From the IMG/VR virus record IMGVR_UViG_2930438282_000001, positions 1-64,000 of that record: a stretch of 64,000 bases of DNA; one strand, 5' to 3'. The translations under genes were made by a program, and so were the position numbers. Positions 57,329 to 64,000 of the stretch are shown piece after piece. The notes under the pieces are model-generated. The model had not been told where the DNA came from. It did not search any database and saw only the letters and a program-made list of their open reading frames with translations. Numbering within the stretch: position 1 is the stretch's first letter; each line of letters opens with the position of its first letter. The DNA is from a virus (Duplodnaviria; Caudoviricetes).

Positions 57329-57387
57329 CTGGTGTTGTCCTTGCGTGTTCGGTCGGTGGGGTTACTGACTGGCGGGTCAGTAGTGGT

Positions 57388-57624
57388 TCAGGCTGTGGGT
57401 GGGGCGGTGAGCGTGGCGGCGATCCGGGCGTGTGCGCGTTCGCGACGTCTGGCAAGTTCGCGGAGGGTCTGGCATGCCGCGCGTAAGCGAGCGCAGTGCT
57501 GCTCGTTCCGGGCGATCAGCCAGTCGCAGATGGTCTCGGTGTTGTACTTGGCGATCTCATCGACCGAGAGGCGGAGGAGCCGTGCGGTACGTGCTTCGGC
57601 CTCGTCTTCGTCGGGCGTGGTCAT
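57388..57624 (-). CDS. small hypothetical protein
   Basis: GAAAGG RBS; coupled overlap. Confidence 0.55.
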   Translation of the reverse strand: MTTPDEDEAEARTARLLRLSVDEIAKYNTETICDWLIARNEQHCARLRAACQTLRELARRRERAHARIAATLTAPPTA

Positions 57625-57860
57625 GCGCTGTGCCTTTCGTGGTCGGTGACGAGGTGGAGGCCGGGGGCTTCGGGGTCGGGTTCCTGGTAGTGCCAGCCGT
57701 CGATGCCTTCGAGGAGGTCGGCGAGGTGCTGGGCTTGCTCTCTGGGGGTCCAGGGCTCGATCTGCCGGGGTGGCGGGGGCTCGGGTTCTGGTGCGGGTTG
57801 CGCGTCGCCGAAGGTGCCGGTGGGCCATTGCTCGTCTTGGAGTCGTTCGTAGGCCGTCAT
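57621..57860 (-). CDS. small hypothetical protein
   Basis: Coupled ATGA overlaps. Confidence 0.6.
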   Translation of the reverse strand: MTAYERLQDEQWPTGTFGDAQPAPEPEPPPPRQIEPWTPREQAQHLADLLEGIDGWHYQEPDPEAPGLHLVTDHERHSA

Positions 57861-58813
57861 GCGGGTGCCTCCAGGTCGAGCACGCCCTGTGCGAAGCGGT
57901 CGCGAGCGAGGTCGTGGTAGGCGGGGTTGAGGTCGATGCCGACGTACTTCCGGCCGAGCTGTCGGGCCGCGGCGCCGGTGGTGCCGGAGCCGCTGAAGGG
58001 GTCGAGGACGGTTCCGCCGGGGCGGCAGCCGGCCTGGATACAGCGGCGGGGCAGGTCGATGGGGAACACGGCGAAGTGGGCGGCCGGGTAGGGCCTGGTC
58101 GGGATGGACCAGACGTCTCCGGGGTTCCGGCCGAGGGGGTGGCCGTCGACTCCGGGCTCGTCACGCTGCGAGGTGGAGTGGGTCTGTGCGGGCAGGATGC
58201 CGAGCTTCTGCCGCTCCTTGTGACCTCGAGGCCTGCGCTGCGGGCGCATGGTGTGTGGCTCACGGATGGCGTCGAGATCGAAGCTGTACCTCGAGGCCTT
58301 GGCGAAGAGGAACAGGTGCTCATGCCGCGTCGACAGCCGGTCCTTGATGCTCTCCGGCATGGCGTTCGGCTTGTGCCAGATGATCTCGTTGCGGAGGATC
58401 CAGCCGTCGTCTTGGAGCGCGAACGCCACGCGCCACGGGATGCCGAGCAGGTTCTTCGCGTTGGTCGGCCGACTCACCGGGCCCGCGGCCGCGGCGCCCA
58501 TCTTGTCGCTGCGCTTCGTGGTGCCGTCGCCGGAGCGTTGAGTGGCGTAGCTGTCGCCGAGGTTCAACCAGAGCGTGCCGTCGTCGGCGAGCACGCGCCG
58601 GGCCTCGGCGAAGAGCTGGCGCATCGTTTCGACGTATTCGGCGGGTGAGGCCTCGAGGCCGTACTGCCCTTCAGCGCCGTAGTCGCGGAGCCCGTAGTAG
58701 GGCGGTGACGTGACGATGCAGTCGATGGATGAGGCCGGCAGGGTGCGCGAGGCCTCGAGGGCATCGCCGAGGAGAAGCGTCACCTGCTCGTCGCGGTAGT
58801 AGGGCTGGCTCAC
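57857..58813 (-). CDS. orphan N4/N6 DNA methyltransferase (beta class)
   Basis: TSPPY catalytic motif, WHKPN, LDPFSGSGTT SAM-binding motif. Confidence 0.95.
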   Translation of the reverse strand: MSQPYYRDEQVTLLLGDALEASRTLPASSIDCIVTSPPYYGLRDYGAEGQYGLEASPAEYVETMRQLFAEARRVLADDGTLWLNLGDSYATQRSGDGTTKRSDKMGAAAAGPVSRPTNAKNLLGIPWRVAFALQDDGWILRNEIIWHKPNAMPESIKDRLSTRHEHLFLFAKASRYSFDLDAIREPHTMRPQRRPRGHKERQKLGILPAQTHSTSQRDEPGVDGHPLGRNPGDVWSIPTRPYPAAHFAVFPIDLPRRCIQAGCRPGGTVLDPFSGSGTTGAAARQLGRKYVGIDLNPAYHDLARDRFAQGVLDLEAPA

Positions 58814-59130
58814 TGCGGCAGCTCCGCTTGGGCGGGGGTGTGCTGTCCGCACTCCCAGTTCGTGCCGATGTGCTGGCGGTAGTGCCGCATGGTGATCAGT
58901 TCGGTGGTGTCGACGGTGATGCCTTCGCGTTCGGCCGCGGTCCGCTCACGTTTCCCGGGGTTGAGGTGCTCGTGGGCTTGCTGGGCGGTTGCGACGACTC
59001 GGCTGCCGGAGACGGCGACCAGTGCGGAGACGATGCATCCGCAGGGACGGCGCTGGATCCATCCGCATTCGTCGAGCGGGACGGACTGGCCGTCAACGGT
59101 GACGGTGAGGCCGCTGGGTTTGGTGGTCAT
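58810..59130 (-). CDS. hypothetical protein
   Basis: Coupled ORF. Confidence 0.6.
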   Translation of the reverse strand: MTTKPSGLTVTVDGQSVPLDECGWIQRRPCGCIVSALVAVSGSRVVATAQQAHEHLNPGKRERTAAEREGITVDTTELITMRHYRQHIGTNWECGQHTPAQAELPQ

Positions 59131-59363
59131 CGGGTGGCTTCCTGCTCGGCGAGTTCCATGCCTGCAGCGGGGCTGAACGGGACCGCACCGACGACGGGCC
59201 AGTCCTTGATGGCCTCGTCGGTCTCGTAGCCGGTGGAGCCCCAGCGGTCGGTGACCATCCAGCGGGCCGGGTGCGGCGGGGACGGCCAGAGCACGGCAAG
59301 GCAGGTGCCGTTCGGGGAGCGTCGTACGGCTCCGATCAGGTCGGCGGCAGGCTGGGAGGTCAT
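59127..59363 (-). CDS. small hypothetical protein
   Basis: GAVRRSP...DWPVVG. Confidence 0.6.
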   Translation of the reverse strand: MTSQPAADLIGAVRRSPNGTCLAVLWPSPPHPARWMVTDRWGSTGYETDEAIKDWPVVGAVPFSPAAGMELAEQEATR

Positions 59364-59695
59364 GTGGCTTCCGTTTCGAGTGCGTGGGCGATGGCGGCGG
59401 CCGGGGCGGGGACGGATGCCGGTCCGTGGCGTGCGGCGTGGGCGCCGGTGGCGTCGAGCCACTCGGCGAGCTGGAGGGCGAGTTGGGGGGTGAGGAGGCC
59501 GGCGAGTTGGGAGCAGATGCCGCCCATGCCGTTCTCGAAGCCGTCGCGCCACGCGGTGGCGGGGTCGTAGCACTTCCAGAAGCTGTCGGTGTCGAGGTCG
59601 TGCTGTGCTGCCTGGGCGGTGCGGCGGAGGCGTGCGGCGGCCTGGTGGAGACGGAGGGCGGGGCTGGGGGGCGGGAGCTGGGCGGGGAAGGTCAT
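59360..59695 (-). CDS. hypothetical protein
   Basis: AARLR...LAEWLD. Confidence 0.6.
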   Translation of the reverse strand: MTFPAQLPPPSPALRLHQAAARLRRTAQAAQHDLDTDSFWKCYDPATAWRDGFENGMGGICSQLAGLLTPQLALQLAEWLDATGAHAARHGPASVPAPAAAIAHALETEAT

Positions 59696-59853
59696 TGGTC
59701 GTCTCCGGTCTGGCGGTTGAGGGTGGTCCAGGCGGTGATGCGGGCGTCGTGGCTGGGGATCGAGATATGGCCGCCACTGGGTCGGGTGCAGCGTTGGCCG
59801 GGGCTGGCGTTGCACCAGGGGCAGCGGATTGCCCATTCGGGGTGGTCGGTCAT
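59692..59853 (-). CDS. small Zn-finger protein
   Basis: CPWCNASPGQRC...SHDAR. Confidence 0.65.
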   Translation of the reverse strand: MTDHPEWAIRCPWCNASPGQRCTRPSGGHISIPSHDARITAWTTLNRQTGDDQ

Positions 59854-60515
59854 GGGCTTCTACCGCTCTGGCGGTTGAGGGCGGCGGCGGAGACGGCGCG
59901 ACGGCGTGCTTCCTCGGCCTGGGCGGTGGCGGGGTCGTGGTGGTCGTCGGCGCGGGCGCCGTGAGGGGTGTGGCGGGGGTCGCCATCGGGGAGGCGGCAG
60001 GGTCGTCCGATAGGGGCTTTGCATTTGGGGCATTCGCGGCCGAGGGGTCCGGGCCGACGGATGCTCCGGGGCTCGGTCGTGGTGCCGTCTTCGGTCGGTA
60101 CGGGCCGGCCGATCGCGGCGAGCTGCTCGACGACGGTGGGGTGTGGGCCGCCTTCGAGCGCGGGGGCGGTGGTGGGGGCGGGGATGCTGCCGCTGCCGAC
60201 GGCGTGCTGTTGTCCGCGGAGGCGCTGGATGTAGTGCGGGTCGGTGTCGCCGGTGGGGGGCGTGTACACGAAGTTCGCGAGGCGTTCGGCGCGTAGGGCG
60301 GCGCGGTGTGTGCGGACGTCGTGGGGCTGGATCCACAGGCGTTGGCCGTCTTTGGGCGGGGTGCCGTAGAAGCGGGCGACGGCGTCGAAGCAGTCGTCGT
60401 CGAGGGGCACGTCGTGGAGGGCTCGGGCCCACGCGCGGCGTGCGATCTGGGAGGGCTGCCGGTTGTCGAAGGCGGCGCAGGCAGCGAGGAGTTTCGCGGC
60501 GTCGTCGGGGGTCAC
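59850..60515 (-). CDS. helicase-loader/inhibitor-like protein with Zn finger
   Basis: AAFDNR...AW..AL, IQPHDV, CPKC...PC...PH; follows rep. Confidence 0.7.
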   Translation of the reverse strand: MTPDDAAKLLAACAAFDNRQPSQIARRAWARALHDVPLDDDCFDAVARFYGTPPKDGQRLWIQPHDVRTHRAALRAERLANFVYTPPTGDTDPHYIQRLRGQQHAVGSGSIPAPTTAPALEGGPHPTVVEQLAAIGRPVPTEDGTTTEPRSIRRPGPLGRECPKCKAPIGRPCRLPDGDPRHTPHGARADDHHDPATAQAEEARRRAVSAAALNRQSGRSP

Positions 60516-61402
60516 GGGCTCTCCTCTCCTGAGGCGAGGGCGAGCCAGCCGGCTACGCGTTCGTCGGTGGTGGAGCGGCGGGTGGTGGGCGGGGGTGTCT
60601 GGGCTCCGCCTTCGAGGGGGACGAGGAAGGTCCCTTGGGTGTGCTGGGCTCGTTGTGCGGCGCGCTTGACGTCGTCGCGGATCCACTTGCGCCAGGCCTC
60701 GGGCCAGTTCTGGCGGCGTGTGCCGGTGGAGCGGTAGTGGGAGACGAACTGGGTGGTGGAGAAGTCGACGTCGATGACGGGGCCGAAGGTCTGGACGACC
60801 CAGCGGCGCATGGCGTCGGTTACGTGGAAGCCGTCGATGTCGATGGGTGCGTCGGCGTGGTGTTCGGGCCTGGGCTCAGGCGCCTCACTACCTGCACTTT
60901 CACCACCTACATCAGCCATGTCTTTAGGTACGGGTCGGGTCGGGTCGGGAACGCGCGCGCGTGGGGCAGCGTCTCCGGGGGCGTCTCGCGACGCGTCTTG
61001 AGACGTGTCTGTAGACGCATCTACATCCGGCTTGCTGTTGGGGGGTGTCGGGTCGGGGGTCCCGCCGCGCTTCTTGTCGCGCCACCGCTGTTGACGTGCG
61101 GTTTTCGCCTTCCGGTCTTCGCGGACTTGTGAGGCGGTGGGGTTGTAGTCGTGGTAGTCGTGGATCTTCCAGCCGACCCCTTCGATGACTTCGAAGAGTC
61201 CAGCTTCGACGAGTTCTTTCGCGCGCGTTCGTGCTGCCCTCACGTCCGCTACGAGTCGCAGTTCTGCCGTCTTCACGACGCCGTCAGTGAGGTTTTCTGC
61301 CGACCAGCAGATCGCGGAGACGTAGAGACGGAACGCTCCGTCGCTGATGAGTCGCACCTTCCGGTTCGAGGGGAACCGGTCGTCGAGTCGTGCCCAGGGC
61401 AT
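60512..61402 (-). CDS. phage replication initiator protein
   Basis: MPWARLDDRF...LTDG, WKIHDYHDYNP, W.EAWRKWI. Confidence 0.85.
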   Translation of the reverse strand: MPWARLDDRFPSNRKVRLISDGAFRLYVSAICWSAENLTDGVVKTAELRLVADVRAARTRAKELVEAGLFEVIEGVGWKIHDYHDYNPTASQVREDRKAKTARQQRWRDKKRGGTPDPTPPNSKPDVDASTDTSQDASRDAPGDAAPRARVPDPTRPVPKDMADVGGESAGSEAPEPRPEHHADAPIDIDGFHVTDAMRRWVVQTFGPVIDVDFSTTQFVSHYRSTGTRRQNWPEAWRKWIRDDVKRAAQRAQHTQGTFLVPLEGGAQTPPPTTRRSTTDERVAGWLALASGEESP

Positions 61403-61564
61403 CGGCGCTTCTTTCGGGGGTTGTTCTGGATCGGGGCATGGCGAACTTCCCTGCTGTTCAGGGCGGCTTGACTGCCCTTCTCGCTGACGCCATGATGTCC
61501 CTAACTTTAAAGATTGGCAAGCTTGGCAAGATTGGTGAGATTAACCATGACTTACACTCTGGCC

Positions 61565-61864
61565 ATGGCTGCTGACCAGGGCATTCAGATCGCGGACGAC
61601 GGCACTCCCGAAGTGGCGATGACCCACGCCCGGGCGAACCTGACCCAGCTCCTGAGGGAGGTCCGCTACGGCAAGAAGCCGGCCGCCTTCACCGAACGGG
61701 GAGAGCGCAGCGCCTACGTCGTGCCGCCGGAGTTCTACGAGCAGGCCGAGTCCGACCGCCGCTTCCGAGCTGCCTTCCACGAGGTGATGGAGCAGTTGCC
61801 GCCGGCCGAGCGGCCGCAGAAGCTGCTGGAGCTCCTGGTGAAGAAAATCGACGAGCTCGACTGA
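61565..61864 (+). CDS. Phd/YefM-family antitoxin-like protein (orphan)
   Basis: AMTHARANLTQLL.EV...FTERGERSAYVVP; TACACT -10, leaderless. Confidence 0.85.
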   Translation: MAADQGIQIADDGTPEVAMTHARANLTQLLREVRYGKKPAAFTERGERSAYVVPPEFYEQAESDRRFRAAFHEVMEQLPPAERPQKLLELLVKKIDELD

Positions 61865-61952
61865 CATCGCGCCTCCTCTCGCCCTCCGGGCCCCGCACCG
61901 TTGTGCGGGGCTTTGTGATGTTGTGGAACCGTTCCTGCAAGATCCGCCCGTT

Positions 61953-62228
61953 TCAGGCGGTGGCGGTTGTGGTGAGGTCTTCGCCGTATGCGGACCGGCC
62001 GTGCGGCGAGGGCCCGGGGTCGATGTACGCCTCGATGGCGTCCCGCAGGTACGCCCCGGAGATCAGGGCGGGGTTGTTGTGGGCGTAGGCCGCGTACCAG
62101 TCGCGCTCCCACGGTTCGTGGCGCGTGCCGATCAGGTCGCTGATCCCGGCAGGCGTGAGGTGTTCGCGGACGCGGGCGATCAACCGGGCGGCTCGTTCGG
62201 TGCCGAAATCTGATGGGCGGTAGTTCAC
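61953..62228 (-). CDS. hypothetical protein
   Basis: GGAGG RBS. Confidence 0.55.
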   Translation of the reverse strand: MNYRPSDFGTERAARLIARVREHLTPAGISDLIGTRHEPWERDWYAAYAHNNPALISGAYLRDAIEAYIDPGPSPHGRSAYGEDLTTTATA

Positions 62229-62416
62229 CGGGCCTCCTCGGTCACGGGTCCGTGTTCGGCGACGAGGACCCGCCAGCGGATGTACCGGGCGCCGGTGCAT
62301 GTCCAGCGGGCGCCGTGCTTGGTCCACCGGCGTCCGGTCCGGTCCTGTACGGCGGTGACGCCGGCGGGGGCCTGGAAGGAGCCGGGGCCGTCGGGGCGCC
62401 ATGTGCGGGCGGTCAT
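62225..62416 (-). CDS. small phage protein
   Basis: VQDRTGRRW...W..LV..HGPVTE. Confidence 0.65.
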   Translation of the reverse strand: MTARTWRPDGPGSFQAPAGVTAVQDRTGRRWTKHGARWTCTGARYIRWRVLVAEHGPVTEEAR

Positions 62417-63045
62417 GTGGGCACCAGCTCGAGCGCGCGGGCGTACTGGGCGTCCAGTTCGGCGTGCGCGTCGGCCGGCCGCGGGTCCTGTTCGGCTTCG
62501 GCACGGAGGATCGGCAGCCCGGAGGCCATGGAGGCGAGCACCTCGTCACGGGTGGCGGCGCGGCCTTCGGCGTACCAGCGGGTTTCGACGGGATCTCCCA
62601 CGGTCCACAGCTGGTGGCGGGGGTGGAGCTTCCAGTCGCGGGAGACCCAGAGGAGGACGGCGCCGGGGTTGCGGCGGATCATGATGCCGTCGGGTTCCTG
62701 TGCGGCCTCGGGCAAGTTGGAGTCACGGCGCCGCATGTTCGGGGTGGTGAGGAAGGGGCATGCCTCGACGGCGTAGAGCGCGCAGTCCCGGTGTGAGGGC
62801 GGTTCGGCGGAGATCCGGTTGATGGCACACATCGGGCCGATGACGAATGCGCCGTACGCGCCGAGATGCTCGCCGCACAGCCAGCAGACGCGGAACCGCA
62901 TCGCGTCGTCGAGCTTCCCTGCGCCGACGACACGGTGGTCCGGGGCACCGTCGACCCAGGCCACGAACCACGGGACGACCCTGCCGTGTTTGTCGCGGGG
63001 CAGGCGCGCCATCCGGGAGGGCAAGGGAATGTCACTGATCTTCAT
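62413..63045 (-). CDS. phage hypothetical Zn-binding protein
   Basis: PWFV, CWLCG, EPPSHRDCALYA..ACPFL. Confidence 0.8.
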   Translation of the reverse strand: MKISDIPLPSRMARLPRDKHGRVVPWFVAWVDGAPDHRVVGAGKLDDAMRFRVCWLCGEHLGAYGAFVIGPMCAINRISAEPPSHRDCALYAVEACPFLTTPNMRRRDSNLPEAAQEPDGIMIRRNPGAVLLWVSRDWKLHPRHQLWTVGDPVETRWYAEGRAATRDEVLASMASGLPILRAEAEQDPRPADAHAELDAQYARALELVPT

Positions 63046-63494
63046 GGGGTGCGCCTCCTGGACGGGGCCTTCGATCGGACGGGGGTGGTGATGGCGCGCT
63101 CGACGTCCCAGCCGGCCTTGAGGCGGCCGAACAGGGTGGACTTCGGCAGGCCGGTGAGGGTGGCCCAGTCCTCGAGGAGGCGGGTTTCTCCGTTGGCGGT
63201 GAGGTGCCGGTTGTCGCGCCGGTTGCGGGCCTGTTCGGCGGCGGTGGCCCAGCGGACGTTGCCGGGCTCGTAGCCGCGCTGGTTGTCGATGCGCTCGAGG
63301 GAATGGGCCGGTGACGGGCGTGGGGGCACGTCGGCGAGGAACTGCTCGAACGACTTGCGCCACTGAGGGCAGACGTGGATGCCGCGGCCGCCGTACCGCT
63401 CGTAGGCGTGCGCGGTGGGTGCGTGGCAGCGGCGCACCATGGTCTTCCAGAGGCTGTACAAGGGGTGCTTGGAGCGCGGTGGTTCGCAGGTCAC
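63042..63494 (-). CDS. HNH-like endonuclease
   Basis: YGGRGIHVC..W, SLERIDN.RGYEPGNVRWAT. Confidence 0.85.
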   Translation of the reverse strand: MTCEPPRSKHPLYSLWKTMVRRCHAPTAHAYERYGGRGIHVCPQWRKSFEQFLADVPPRPSPAHSLERIDNQRGYEPGNVRWATAAEQARNRRDNRHLTANGETRLLEDWATLTGLPKSTLFGRLKAGWDVERAITTPVRSKAPSRRRTP

Positions 63495-64000
63495 GGGGTC
63501 GCCTCTCTTCCGCAGGAGCAGATGGCACGGCCGTCGCGGGCCGTGAGGGAGCGCCACCGGTGGAATGGGCACGGCGGGACGATGCCGGGGCCGGTGGGGT
63601 GCTGGACGATCGCGCAGCGCGAGTTGTACGGGCCGCCCATGGCGCGCAGCGGCTGGACGTCGCCGCAGGCGAGGCACCGACCGGCCCGGCCGCCGGGGAG
63701 TTCCTCGAAGAGGACGCTGGAGCGGGAGCCGGGGCAGTTCTTCGGTGGGGCGATGTCCCGCGGCGTGAAGATCAGTTGCCGTCCGGGCGGCTGCTCGAGT
63801 TCCTGGCCGGCGCCCATGGCCTTGCCGTCGCACATGCCGCACACGAGGTCCCCGTCCGGCAGCTCGTCGGTAGACAGGAAGTCGTCGCCCTGGACGTGCC
63901 CGACGCACCACAAGTGGAAGACGACGCGCTCGCCTCCCCACCGAACACCAGACCGCGGCCGGTGCCAGCGGGACATGGCCCGCGTACGGACGAACCGCGG
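63491..64000 (-). CDS. Cys-rich hypothetical protein (5' end may lie outside the window)
   Basis: Multiple CxxC motifs. Confidence 0.6.
   Translation of the reverse strand, partial: PRFVRTRAMSRWHRPRSGVRWGGERVVFHLWCVGHVQGDDFLSTDELPDGDLVCGMCDGKAMGAGQELEQPPGRQLIFTPRDIAPPKNCPGSRSSVLFEELPGGRAGRCLACGDVQPLRAMGGPYNSRCAIVQHPTGPGIVPPCPFHRWRSLTARDGRAICSCGREATP

Larger units (their letters stand above)
1..64000 (-). mobile_element. Streptomyces-type temperate siphophage / prophage region (ends not visible)
   Basis: Co-oriented terminase, portal, protease, capsid, tail tube, tape measure and lysis genes, plus an early region with replication initiator, methyltransferase and antirepressor. Confidence 0.95.

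Noticed and set aside
57857-58813. Restriction-modification system
   Set aside because: No cognate endonuclease nearby; orphan phage methyltransferases are common
1-64000. Integrase, att sites, reverse transcriptase/DGR, rtcB
   Set aside because: No supporting motifs or template/variable repeat pair recognised in the window

Overview
This GC-rich (about 70%) window is most of a Streptomyces-type temperate siphophage, probably a prophage. It is encoded almost entirely on the minus strand. From right to left: early/replication genes (HNH-like protein, replication initiator, N4/N6 DNA methyltransferase, Gp37/Gp68-DUF5131 protein with an in-frame HNH insertion, HIT protein, antirepressor); plus-strand moron-like membrane genes; an independently regulated membrane/glycosyltransferase cassette (about 38.8-44.1 kb); terminase, portal, a 2H-phosphoesterase/MuF-like head protein, protease-scaffold, capsid, tail and tape measure genes; and a lysis cassette (papain-like peptidase, amidase, holin, collagen-like protein). 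Just past the lysis genes is a Ro60/TROVE (Rsr) gene preceded by three tandem Y-RNA-like units with their own promoter. Two are full YrlA-type circularly permuted tRNA mimics and one is a minimal unit with only the Ro-binding stem. This is the most striking signal in the window. No integrase or att site is visible. All family assignments are from motif recognition by eye, not from database searches.
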